This document shows, piece by piece, positions 28,653-37,511 of a stretch of 64,000 bases of DNA. The translations under genes were made by a program, and so were the position numbers. The notes beneath the pieces are model-generated. The model ran no database searches. It was given only the letters and a program-made list of their open reading frames with translations, and was not told the DNA's origin. How positions within the stretch are numbered: the first letter of the stretch is position 1; every line of letters starts with the position of its first letter. The stretch is from Pseudomonadota bacterium (GTDB lineage Bacteria; Pseudomonadota; Alphaproteobacteria; Rhizobiales; Devosiaceae), in contig JBEHYU010000019.1 of NCBI GenBank assembly GCA_048498015.1, positions 523 to 64,522 on the forward strand, given 5' to 3'.

Positions 28653-29450
28653 CTACTTCTCCAGCGCCGCGATGAATTTCTCCAGCACCAGCGGGTCGGC
28701 ATCCACCAGATGCTCCTTCCTGGGATATGCCCCGCTCGCCACATCGGCGGCGAATTCCCCGAACGCCGCGATCCGCTCCTGCTGCAGCCGGTCGTACTCG
28801 GCGGCGAAGTTGCGATAGACTTTCGCGTGGCGTGGGATGTGGCCGCGATTGGTGCCCAGCACGTCGGTCGCGAACAGATATTGCGCGTCGCAGCCGGTGC
28901 CGGCGCCCATCGAAATCAGGAACAGCGGCGTGCGCCTCGAAATCTCCGCCGCGATCTCGCCGGGCACTACCTCGATCTCGGCGCCGAACGCGCCGCATGC
29001 CTCGAGCGTCTTGACATGCTCCATGATCATCAGCGCCTGCTCGAGCGTCTTGCCCACCGCCTTGTAGCCGCCGGTCCAGGTGCGCTTGGAGGGGATCAGC
29101 CCGACATGGCCGATCACCGGCATGGCCTCGTCGGCGAGCCGCTTCACCGTCGCAAAACTGCCGCTGCAATAGAGCGCGTCGGCGCCCGCCGCATAAAGCG
29201 GGAAGGCCCAGCGCAGGAAATCGTCGCTGCTGCCGACCTCGTAGAAATTGAGCCCCGGCATCGAGAACAGGCTGGGCGCCGCGTCGCGATATTGCGGGTC
29301 GAGCAGCAGCTCGCCGGGGATCGACACCATGTCGATGCCGGCGCGCTCGGCGGCCTCCGCCTCCTCCAGCGTCACCACGCGCAGCATGGTCAGCTGCCGC
29401 TTGCCCTTCATTGCTCGCATGTCGGCAATCGTGGGTCTGATCCGCGCCAT
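28653..29450 (-). CDS. Divergent PanB-like (ketopantoate hydroxymethyltransferase fold) protein
   Basis: VIGHVGLIP, GGYKAVGKT, AEIEVVP, ISMGAG.GCDAQYL..DVLG retained; canonical GDS and DMPF motifs absent. Confidence 0.8.
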   Translation of the reverse strand: MARIRPTIADMRAMKGKRQLTMLRVVTLEEAEAAERAGIDMVSIPGELLLDPQYRDAAPSLFSMPGLNFYEVGSSDDFLRWAFPLYAAGADALYCSGSFATVKRLADEAMPVIGHVGLIPSKRTWTGGYKAVGKTLEQALMIMEHVKTLEACGAFGAEIEVVPGEIAAEISRRTPLFLISMGAGTGCDAQYLFATDVLGTNRGHIPRHAKVYRNFAAEYDRLQQERIAAFGEFAADVASGAYPRKEHLVDADPLVLEKFIAALEK

Positions 29451-29468
29451 TTTGATTCTCCCCTCGGG

Positions 29469-30683
29469 CTATGCGGCCAACAACGACTTTAGCTTGAACG
29501 ACGGCTCCGACAATGCCGTCACGTCGGGATGCGCGCGCTTCGCGATCAGCATCTCGGCCACGCGGATGTCGCGCGCTACCGCATTGCCCACGCCCAGGCC
29601 CGACGCCGCGACCAGCCGTCCATCCGCCTTCAGGTGAAACAGGATGGTCCCGCCGTCCCATTGCCGACGCACGGTCTGCTCGCCCTCGTCGCTCAGCCCC
29701 GCGATCTGCAGCGTCAGCTCGTACTGGTCCGACCAGAACCACGGTACACTGGAGATCGGCTCGCCGGCGCCCAGCATGTTGCGCGCCGCGAGCGCGCCAT
29801 GCTCCTGCGCCGAGCGCCAGCTTTCGAGCCGCATCCGCCGGCCGCCATAGATGTCGAGCGGAAACGAGCAGCAATCGCCCGCCGCGAAGATGTCCGCATC
29901 CGACGTACGCAGCGTGTGGTCCACCGCGATGCCGTTCTCGATGGCGAGCCCCGCGTCAGCCGCGAGCGCGGTCTCGGGAACCGCGCCGATGCCGACGAGG
30001 ATCAGGTCCGCCGACAATGTGCCGCCATCCTTGAAGCCGATTGTGTCGCCGGCGATCGCTGCAATCGCCGCGCCGAAGCGAAAGTTCACGCCCGCCGCGA
30101 TGTGCCGGGCCTGGATCGCCTGCGCGATCTCCTCGGGCACGCCGCGCGTCAGCAGCCGGGGCAAGGCCTCCAGCACGGTGACCTCGGCGCCCGCCTGTCG
30201 CGCCGCGGCCGCCAGCTCGAGCCCGATGAAGCCGCCGCCCACGATGGCGATGCGGTCGCGCCGATGGATATGGCCGCGGATCCGCAACGCATCCTCATGC
30301 GTGCGCAGATAGGCGATGTGCGGCGAGGCGGCACCGGGCAGTTTTCGCGGCTGCGCCCCGGTCGCCAGCAGCAGCCTGTCATAGGGCAGGGCGCTTCCGT
30401 CGCTCAGCCGCAGCGATTTTTCCGCGCGATCGATCGAGTCGACTCGCGTTCCAGCCCGGAAGACAATCTGCGCGTCGGCCAGCCGCTCATGCGACGCGAT
30501 GGTTTTGGGCGGCAATTCTTCCGCCGAGAGCATCAGTTCCTTGCTCATCGGCGGCCGCTCATACGGCGCGTGCGTCTCGGCGCCGATCAGCGTCACCGGC
30601 CCGGCATAGCCGTTTTCGCGCAGCGCCATCGCGGCGCGGACACCGCATTCGCCCGCGCCCACGATGACCATGCCGTGGCTCAT
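29469..30683 (-). CDS. mocF: FAD-dependent ferredoxin reductase (MocF-like)
   Basis: IVGAGECG, PYERPPMSK, LLATGA, GGGFIGLE, AAGDC, PWFWSDQY. Confidence 0.85.
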   Translation of the reverse strand: MSHGMVIVGAGECGVRAAMALRENGYAGPVTLIGAETHAPYERPPMSKELMLSAEELPPKTIASHERLADAQIVFRAGTRVDSIDRAEKSLRLSDGSALPYDRLLLATGAQPRKLPGAASPHIAYLRTHEDALRIRGHIHRRDRIAIVGGGFIGLELAAAARQAGAEVTVLEALPRLLTRGVPEEIAQAIQARHIAAGVNFRFGAAIAAIAGDTIGFKDGGTLSADLILVGIGAVPETALAADAGLAIENGIAVDHTLRTSDADIFAAGDCCSFPLDIYGGRRMRLESWRSAQEHGALAARNMLGAGEPISSVPWFWSDQYELTLQIAGLSDEGEQTVRRQWDGGTILFHLKADGRLVAASGLGVGNAVARDIRVAEMLIAKRAHPDVTALSEPSFKLKSLLAA

Positions 30684-30988
30684 GCGTCGATGTAGACCGT
30701 ACCGTCTTCGACCTTGGTCATATACGTGCGAAGGTTCTCGATGATCGGCGCGCCCTTGCCCTGGCCGGTCTTGTAGTCGAAGCGGCCATTGTGCTTGGGG
30801 CATTCGATGATGTCGCCCATCACCAGCCCGTCGGCGAGGCAGGTGCGCTCATGCGTGCACATGCCGTCGGTGGCGTAGAACTGCCCCTCGGGCGAGTGGT
30901 AGATGGCAAAAACCTGCGAGCCATGGTCGAAGCGGATCACATCCTCTTCGTCGATATCGCCGGTAGCGCAGGCAGCAATCCAGGACAT
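30680..30988 (-). CDS. mocE: Rieske ferredoxin (MocE-like)
   Basis: IDEEDVIRFDH, ATDGMCTHE..LADGLVM..IIECPKHNGRFDY; GGAG RBS. Confidence 0.88.
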   Translation of the reverse strand: MSWIAACATGDIDEEDVIRFDHGSQVFAIYHSPEGQFYATDGMCTHERTCLADGLVMGDIIECPKHNGRFDYKTGQGKGAPIIENLRTYMTKVEDGTVYIDA

Positions 30989-31042
30989 TGTTCTACTCCG
31001 CTTCTGAGCCAGATTGATCTTGGACGGTTGCCCCACCCACAG

Positions 31043-31128
31043 CGTCATTCCCGCGCAGGCGGGAATCCAGGCCGGGCTTTCGGACGTTCGTGAACTCCGT
31101 CTGGATTCCCGCTTTCGCGGGAATGACG
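31043..31128. repeat. Family-B palindromic repeat dimer (86 bp), inverted relative to the 28512 copy
   Basis: CGTCATTCCCGCGCAGGCGGGAATCCAG-N30-CTGGATTCCCGCTTTCGCGGGAATGACG. Confidence 0.9.
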
Positions 31129-31161
31129 CAGCGGTTGGGGTGAGAGCGGTCGACCATCCCC

Positions 31162-32259
31162 TCACTCGGCCGTCTGCGGCCGGCCGATATCGAGCCGGTG
31201 CAGCTCTTCGCGATAGGGCTTTGCCGTCGGCGGCAGCTCGCGCTTGATGAAATAGTCTTCGTAGCGCAGCTGGCGCAGGAAGGCCGGGATCATCTCGCGG
31301 AAGCCATCGATGAAGCCGGTGTTGGGCGCCGGCAGATCGTGCTTGATCAGCTCGTGCAGCTGCGGCAGCGCGTAATACGGCACCATCGGGAACATGTGGT
31401 GCTCAACGTGGTAGTTCATGTTGAGATAGAGGAAGCGGCTGACCGGGTTCATGTACACCGTGCGCGTATTGAGCCGGTGGTCGGTGACGTTGTCGGCCAG
31501 CCCGCCATGCTGCAGCAGGCCGCACAGCACCATGTGCCACGAGCCGTAAAGCTTCGGTGTGCCCACGAGCACGATCGGGATCCACGAGTGCAGCACCAGC
31601 GCCAGCACGATCGTCGCCGCATAGACCGCAAGCCAGATGCGCGCCACGAACACCGCCTTGGGCACTTCGCTCGCCGGGATATAGGTCGCCTCGGCGGCGT
31701 CGATGCCAACGAAGGCATAACGGAACATGGCGGGTATCGAATACCAGATGTCGACGAGGCCGAACACGTTGAGCACCACCCGCAACAGGTCCGGCGGCCG
31801 CATCACGTTGATCTCGGGGTCGCGGCCGACGATGATCGTGTCGGTGTGGTGGCGGGCATGGCTCCAGCGCCACACCGTCGGGTTGCGCATGATCATGAAG
31901 CAGGCGATCTGGTAGACCGCCTTGTTCATCCACTGCGTCTTGAACGCCGTTCCATGTCCGCATTCGTGCCAGCGGCTGTCGGTGGCGGACGCGTAGAGCA
32001 CGCCATAGATGAAGAGGGGGATTACCACCCACCAGCTGCCCCACAGCCAGACCACGGCCGCGACCGAAACGACCATCAGGCCGAGCCAGATGATGGTGTC
32101 GCGGATGGCGGGCCCGTCCGAGCGCTGCATCAGCTCCTTCATCTGCTTGCGCGGCACGTCGGTGTGGTACCAGTCGGCGGCGGCGAGACCGCTCTCGATG
32201 GCGGCAGCGGTGTCGGCGCCCGTCAGGCTGTAGTCGCGCTTGTGGCGTAGTTCGTCCAT
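31162..32259 (-). CDS. mocD: Membrane di-iron desaturase-fold oxygenase (MocD-like)
   Basis: RDYSL, His boxes HECGH, HARHH, QH, HVEHH; followed by mocE/mocF-like genes. Confidence 0.88.
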   Translation of the reverse strand: MDELRHKRDYSLTGADTAAAIESGLAAADWYHTDVPRKQMKELMQRSDGPAIRDTIIWLGLMVVSVAAVVWLWGSWWVVIPLFIYGVLYASATDSRWHECGHGTAFKTQWMNKAVYQIACFMIMRNPTVWRWSHARHHTDTIIVGRDPEINVMRPPDLLRVVLNVFGLVDIWYSIPAMFRYAFVGIDAAEATYIPASEVPKAVFVARIWLAVYAATIVLALVLHSWIPIVLVGTPKLYGSWHMVLCGLLQHGGLADNVTDHRLNTRTVYMNPVSRFLYLNMNYHVEHHMFPMVPYYALPQLHELIKHDLPAPNTGFIDGFREMIPAFLRQLRYEDYFIKRELPPTAKPYREELHRLDIGRPQTAE

Positions 32260-32373
32260 CTTCCCCTCCACCGCGATATTCGCGTCCGAAAGGCCATGAC
32301 TTCGTGTGCGAAAGGCCATGACTCTGCGATTTTTCGCAGTGTAACGACCACGGTTTCGCCCGCAAGGCGGCAG

Positions 32374-32394
32374 TGATAGATTCTATCATTGACA
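32374..32394. promoter_or_regulatory. Palindromic operator TGATAGA-T-TCTATCA abutting a TTGACA -35
   Basis: Perfect 7-1-7 inverted repeat between divergent mocD and LacI genes. Confidence 0.7.
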
Positions 32395-32439
32395 TCATCG
32401 CCGCGTCGGCGTTCTGATAGATCAGATCAGGAGAGCACG

Positions 32440-33471
32440 ATGGCACGGCGTCCGACGGTGGCCGATATTGCGCGCGAGGCGGGGGTAGGGGTCGCGACCG
32501 TCGACCGCGTCCTCAACGGCCGCGCCACGGTCCGGCCGGAGACGGGCCGCCGGGTGCTCGAGGCGGCGCGGGCCATCGGCTATCACGGCGCGGCGCTGCT
32601 CAAGCGGCGGCTCGACGAAGCCGTGCCGCATTACCGGCTCGGCTTCCTGCTGCAGCACCGCGAGCAGCCCTTCTACCAGGAGTTCGAGCGGCACATGGTC
32701 GAGGCCTGCGCCGCCGCCACCGAGGCGCGGCTGACGCCCGAAATCGCCTTCCTCAGGACGCAGGAACCGGCCGAGATCGTGCCGGCGTTGCATGCCATGG
32801 CGCGCCGGGCGCAGGCCGTGGCCATGGTAGCGATCGACCATCCCTCGGTGTCGGCCGCCGTTGCCGAGATCGAGGCCTCGGGCGTGCCGGTGTTCGCACT
32901 GCTCAGCGATTTCGCCGTCGGCGTGCGCCACGGCTATGTCGGGCTCAACAACCGCAAGGTCGGGCGGACCTCGGGATGGCTGATATCGCGCTGCGTCGGC
33001 CGGCCGGCCAAGGTCGCGATCTTTGTCGGCAGCCACCGCTTCCATGGCCACGAGGAGCGGGAAAGCGGCTTTCGCTCCTATCTGCGCGAGAGTGCGCCGC
33101 AGGTCGAAGTGATCGAAACGCAGGCCTCGCTGGAGGATCGCGCCGTGGCGCACGAGGCGGTGATCGGGTTGCTGCGCCGCCATCCCGATTTGCGCGGCAT
33201 CTATGTGGCGGGTGGCGGCATGGAGGGCGCCATCGAGGCGGTGCGCGAGGAGACCGCGCCCGGCCAGATCGCCGTGATCTGCTCCGAATTGACGGACGGA
33301 TCGCGCGCTGCGCTGGCCGACAATGTCGTGGCCGCGGTGATCGCGACGCCGCTCGAAGCGCTCGGCCGGCAGATCAGCGGCGCCATGATCGCCGCGCTTT
33401 CGGAGGCGGGCGGGGGCCGGCAGGACCAGGGATTCCTGCCGTTCGACATCTATATTTCCGAGAACATCTGA
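32440..33471 (+). CDS. LacI-family transcriptional regulator
   Basis: PTVADIAREAGVGVATVDRVLNGR HTH plus sugar-binding domain. Confidence 0.95.
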   Translation: MARRPTVADIAREAGVGVATVDRVLNGRATVRPETGRRVLEAARAIGYHGAALLKRRLDEAVPHYRLGFLLQHREQPFYQEFERHMVEACAAATEARLTPEIAFLRTQEPAEIVPALHAMARRAQAVAMVAIDHPSVSAAVAEIEASGVPVFALLSDFAVGVRHGYVGLNNRKVGRTSGWLISRCVGRPAKVAIFVGSHRFHGHEERESGFRSYLRESAPQVEVIETQASLEDRAVAHEAVIGLLRRHPDLRGIYVAGGGMEGAIEAVREETAPGQIAVICSELTDGSRAALADNVVAAVIATPLEALGRQISGAMIAALSEAGGGRQDQGFLPFDIYISENI

Positions 33472-33523
33472 GCCGGCCTGGCGCGCCGCCGGCGCGTTCA
33501 CAATGGAATGGGCGCGGCCGATT

Positions 33524-33568
33524 TGGAATGAATATTCTGCGTTGACAATGAAACGGAACCCGTATTTC
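33524..33568 (+). promoter_or_regulatory. Promoter with two IolR-like boxes flanking TTGACA
   Basis: TGGAATGAATATTCT-GCG-TTGACAATGAAA-CGGAACCCGTATTTC; GGAA-N6-TTCC-like; near-identical to the 45189-45233 cassette. Confidence 0.8.
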
Positions 33569-33630
33569 ATCTGGACCAATCAGACCGCCCATAACTGGAC
33601 CAAGGGCGGCGGTATCGGGGAGATGGTTTC

Positions 33631-34455
33631 GTGCCTGAGCAGGCTCTCAGCTTTGCGCTCAATCACATGGTTGCGCCGCAGCTCGCGCTCGCGGATTTCT
33701 TCAGCCTGACGCGCAGCCTCGGCTTGAGCCGGGTCGAGATCCGCAACGACATCGCCGGCAAGGCCATCCTGGACGGTACGCCTGCCGAGACCGTCAGGGG
33801 GCTCGCCGCCGAGCACGGAATAACCATCATTTCCATCAACGCCCTGCAGAAATTCAATCATTGGTCCGCCGAAAGGGCCAAAGAGGCTGCCGCGCTGGTG
33901 GAATACTGTTCCAGCTGCGGTGCCGAAGCCCTGGTCCTCGTCGCCGCCAATGACGGCACCAGGCGCGGCGACAACGAGCGCGTCGCCAACGCCACCGAGG
34001 CCCTCAAGGGCTTGAAACCCATGCTGAAATCCGCTGGCATCACCGGCCTCGTCGAGTGCCTCGGCTTCGAGGCCTGCTCGCTGCGCCGGAAGTCCGAGGC
34101 TGTTGCGGCCATCGACGCCGCCGACGGCCGCGACGTCTTCCGCCTGACCCACGACACTTTCCACCATCATCTGGCCGGCGAAGCGGCGCTTTTCCCGGAA
34201 ATGACGGGCCTGATCCATATTTCCGGCGTGGATGATCCGGCCTTGTCCGTCGCCGACATGCGCGACAGCCATCGCGTGCTGGTCGGACCGAAGGACCGGT
34301 TGGGGAACATCAGCCAGATCAAGGCTTTGCGCGCCGCCGGTTATGCCGGGCCGCTCAGTTTCGAGCCGTTCGCCGAGGAGCTGCGGACGCTCGCCGATCC
34401 CGCCCAGGCGATCGGCGACAGCATGAATTTCATCAAGGCGGAACTTGGCGCGTAA
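33631..34455 (+). CDS. Xylose-isomerase-like TIM barrel, probable 2-keto-myo-inositol isomerase (IolI-like)
   Basis: FALNHM, EIRND, SINALQKFN, GLVECLGF, HDTFHHHL, HISGV, DSHRVLV, SFEPF; iol context. Confidence 0.8.
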   Translation: MPEQALSFALNHMVAPQLALADFFSLTRSLGLSRVEIRNDIAGKAILDGTPAETVRGLAAEHGITIISINALQKFNHWSAERAKEAAALVEYCSSCGAEALVLVAANDGTRRGDNERVANATEALKGLKPMLKSAGITGLVECLGFEACSLRRKSEAVAAIDAADGRDVFRLTHDTFHHHLAGEAALFPEMTGLIHISGVDDPALSVADMRDSHRVLVGPKDRLGNISQIKALRAAGYAGPLSFEPFAEELRTLADPAQAIGDSMNFIKAELGA

Positions 34456-34545
34456 GTACCTGACTGCCTTAGTGAATTGCTCTCGGGAGGAGAGCTTCCG
34501 GATAGGAACAGGCGCATCCGGGCGCCGACAGTGGAGGAAGCGACT

Positions 34546-35499
34546 ATGAAGAAACTTGCACTTGCGGCGCTGACTGGCGCGCTGCTGCTCAGCGGCTCGA
34601 TCGGTGCGGCCTCGGCCGCCAATATCGGTGTCTCGATGGCGCTGTTCGACGACAACTTCCTGACCGTGCTGCGCAACGGTATCCAGAAGCATGCCGACGA
34701 GACCGGCAACAAGGTGCAGATCGAAGACGCCAAGAACGACGTCGCCAAGCAGCTGGACCAGATCAACAATTTCATCGCGTCGGGCGTCGATGCGATCGTT
34801 GTGAACCCGGTCGATACCTCGGCGACGCAGGCCATGACGGACGCGGCCGCCAAGGCCAACATCCCGCTGGTATACGTCAACCGCCAGCCGATCAACGTCG
34901 ATACGCTGCCCGCCAACCAGGCGTTCGTGGCCTCGAACGAGGTCGATTCCGGCACGCTCGAGACCAAGGAAATCTGCCGTCTCCTCAAGGAAGCCGGCAA
35001 GACCGAAGCCAATGTCTACGTGATGGAAGGCGAGCTCTCCAACCAGGCCGCCGTGCAGCGCACCAAGGACGTCCATGACGTGATCGGCGGCGCCGATTGC
35101 GGCGTGAAGGTCAACATCATCGACGAGCAGACCGCCAACTGGTCTCCCCCCCAGGCCCAGACGCTGATGACCAACTGGCTGTCGACCGGCAAGGCCTTCG
35201 ACGCGGTGATCGCCAACAACGACGAAATGGCCATCGGCGCCATCCAGGCGATGAAGGCGGCCAACATCGACATGAAGTCGGTGATCGTGGGCGGCGTCGA
35301 CGCGACCCAGGACGCGCTGGCGGCCATGCAGGCCGGCGATCAGGACGTGACCGTGTTCCAGAACGCCGCCGCGCAGGGCTCGGGTGCGTTCGACGCGGCC
35401 GTGGCGCTCGCTGCCGGCAAGACTGTCGACCAGAAGATCTACGTGCCGTTCGAGCTGGTTACCCCCGCCAACGTCGCGGACTACCTCAAGAAGAACTAA
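34546..35499 (+). CDS. Sugar ABC transporter substrate-binding protein (MocB/IbpA-like, inositol/rhizopine)
   Basis: Signal peptide; IGVSMALFDDNFLTVLRNG, EDAKNDVAKQ, VYVNR, NNDEMAIGA, GGVDAT; GGAGG RBS. Confidence 0.9.
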   Translation: MKKLALAALTGALLLSGSIGAASAANIGVSMALFDDNFLTVLRNGIQKHADETGNKVQIEDAKNDVAKQLDQINNFIASGVDAIVVNPVDTSATQAMTDAAAKANIPLVYVNRQPINVDTLPANQAFVASNEVDSGTLETKEICRLLKEAGKTEANVYVMEGELSNQAAVQRTKDVHDVIGGADCGVKVNIIDEQTANWSPPQAQTLMTNWLSTGKAFDAVIANNDEMAIGAIQAMKAANIDMKSVIVGGVDATQDALAAMQAGDQDVTVFQNAAAQGSGAFDAAVALAAGKTVDQKIYVPFELVTPANVADYLKKN

Positions 35500-35506
35500 T
35501 CGATTG

Positions 35507-35535
35507 CGTGGGGCAGGGCGCCGCTCTGCCCCACG
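35507..35535 (+). other. Intercistronic stem-loop after the binding-protein gene
   Basis: CGTGGGGCAGGGC-GCC-GCTCTGCCCCACG, no U tail; typical mRNA-stabilising position. Confidence 0.6.
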
Positions 35536-35595
35536 ACTTGCCTAGACCAGTCTGCCGGGCCAAGCTCGCGCAAGGGATCAAGCGGGGGAGCGGCG

Positions 35596-36708
35596 ATGTC
35601 CCAGGATAGCCACGGCGTCGGCGGCCTCAAATACGATGCAAGCAAGCGAACGCGCGCCAATGAATGGAACGTGCTGATCGCGCTGATCGTCATCGTCATC
35701 ATCTTCGAAATCCTGAACCGGCTGCATGGCGGCAGCTTCCTGTTCAACATGCGGGCCAACGTGCCCGGCCTGTTCAACCAGCAGCGCCTCGACATCATCA
35801 TCCTGCAGGTGGCCATCACCGGCATCATCGCGCTGGGCGTGACGCAGGTGATCATCATCGGCGGCATCGACCTCAGCTCCGGCTCGATCGTGGGCGCCAC
35901 CGCCATGATCGCGATGAGCTTTGCGCAGACCGCCATCGTCAACGGCAACCCCAATCCCAAGGCCATTTTCGGGCCCGAATGGATGGATCTGCCGGTCATC
36001 GTGCCGATCGCGGTCGGGTTAGCGTGCGGCGTGATTGCAGGCCTCATCAATGGGTTATTGATCGCCTACACGCGGATACCGCCGTTCATTGCGACCCTCG
36101 GCATGATGGTGTCGGCGCGCGGCGTGGCGCACTGGTGGTCGAACGGCAACCCGATCTCGTTCCCCACCGACGCCTACGGCAAGCTCGCCAATGGCGACAT
36201 GCTGGGCGGCATGACCTTCGGCCTGCTGCACTGGGTCGGCCAGAACCCGGCGGTGGTGTTCGTGCTGCTCGCCGTGCTGTTCCAGGTGATCATGATGTTC
36301 ACCGTCTACGGCAAGCGCAGCTATGCCATCGGCTCGAACGAGGCGGCGGCGCGCATGTCAGGCATAAAGGTCAGCCGCCACAAGGTGTTGGTCTACACCA
36401 TCGCGGGTATCTTCTCGGCCATAGCAGCCATCCTGCTGACGTCCAAAAACCTCACCGCGCAGGCCGGCATGGGCCAGCAATACGAGCTCGACGCCATCGC
36501 CATGGCGGTGATCGGCGGCGTGTCGCTGTCGGGCGGCCGCGGCTCGATCGTCGGTACGGTGCTGGGGGCGCTGATCTTTTCGGTGATCATCTCGGGTTTC
36601 ACCTCGATCCAGCTCGACGCCTACTACCAGGAGATGGTGAAGGGCGCGATCATCGTCGGCGCCGTGGTGCTCGACCAGTGGCGGCAGCGCCGCGCCGCAC
36701 GCAGCTAG
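35596..36708 (+). CDS. Sugar ABC transporter permease
   Basis: GGIDLSSGS, IPPFIATLGMM, YAIGSNEAAARMSGI, YELDAIAMAVIGG. Confidence 0.95.
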   Translation: MSQDSHGVGGLKYDASKRTRANEWNVLIALIVIVIIFEILNRLHGGSFLFNMRANVPGLFNQQRLDIIILQVAITGIIALGVTQVIIIGGIDLSSGSIVGATAMIAMSFAQTAIVNGNPNPKAIFGPEWMDLPVIVPIAVGLACGVIAGLINGLLIAYTRIPPFIATLGMMVSARGVAHWWSNGNPISFPTDAYGKLANGDMLGGMTFGLLHWVGQNPAVVFVLLAVLFQVIMMFTVYGKRSYAIGSNEAAARMSGIKVSRHKVLVYTIAGIFSAIAAILLTSKNLTAQAGMGQQYELDAIAMAVIGGVSLSGGRGSIVGTVLGALIFSVIISGFTSIQLDAYYQEMVKGAIIVGAVVLDQWRQRRAARS

Positions 36709-36719
36709 GGGAGAGGACC

Positions 36720-37487
36720 ATGAGCGAATACATCCTCGAGACGCGCGGGCTGACCAAGCATTATGGTGGCGTGCAGGCGCTGAACGCCGCGGACTTCAAC
36801 CTCAAGCCCGGCGAGCACGTGGCCGTCGTCGGCGACAATGGCGCCGGCAAATCCACCTTCGTGCGCCAGATCACCGGCGTCGAGCAAAAGAGCGGCGGCC
36901 AGATCTTCCTCGACGGGCAGGAAGTGCATTTCGCCGACCCGCTGGCCGCGCGCGATGCCGGCATCGAGACCGTCTTCCAGAACCTGGCGCTCGCCGATCA
37001 GCTCGACGTGCCGTCCAACCTGTTCCTCGGCCGCGAGATATTCCGCTTCCCACTGGGGCCGTTCTCCTGGCTCGACCACCGCAAGATGCGCGACCGCACG
37101 CTCGACGCGCTGAAGACGACGGGCGTCAAGATCCCCAACGTCGACAACCCGATCATGAACATGTCGGGCGGCCAGCGGCAGTGCGTCGCAATTGCGCGGG
37201 CCGCCGCCTTCGCCTCAAAGTTGGTGATCATGGACGAACCCACGGCGGCGCTCGGCGTGCAGGAAACGGCGCAGGTCGAGAACATCATCAAGGGCCTCAA
37301 GGAGCGCGGCGTGCCGCTGATCTTGATCAGCCACAATCTTCGCCAGGTGTTCGATCTCGTCGATCGCATCTGGGTGTTCCGCCGCGGCCGCATCGCCGGC
37401 GTGGTGGACCGCGACAAGACCACGGGCAACGAAGTCGTCTCGATGATCACCGGCGTCAATGCCGGCGCCGACACGGCCTTCGCCTGA
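36720..37487 (+). CDS. Sugar ABC transporter ATPase (single domain, 255 aa)
   Basis: GDNGAGKST, MSGGQRQ, IMDEPTAALG, ISHN. Confidence 0.95.
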   Translation: MSEYILETRGLTKHYGGVQALNAADFNLKPGEHVAVVGDNGAGKSTFVRQITGVEQKSGGQIFLDGQEVHFADPLAARDAGIETVFQNLALADQLDVPSNLFLGREIFRFPLGPFSWLDHRKMRDRTLDALKTTGVKIPNVDNPIMNMSGGQRQCVAIARAAAFASKLVIMDEPTAALGVQETAQVENIIKGLKERGVPLILISHNLRQVFDLVDRIWVFRRGRIAGVVDRDKTTGNEVVSMITGVNAGADTAFA

Positions 37488-37511
37488 CATTCAGCTAAGG
37501 AAAACAGCAAC

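Noticed and set aside
16429-29450. panE + ilvIH + panB as a pantothenate cluster
   Set aside because: Genes are in separate, distant transcription units; the panB-like gene lacks key motifs and belongs with mocDEF; no panC
34456-34545. GGAGG-rich leader before the binding-protein gene as an sRNA gene
   Set aside because: No promoter or terminator evidence; more likely a structured 5' UTR or sRNA target site
35664-36719. 607-aa ABC ATPase with a long N-terminal extension
   Set aside because: The extension is an off-frame reading of the permease; RBS and ATG are at 36720
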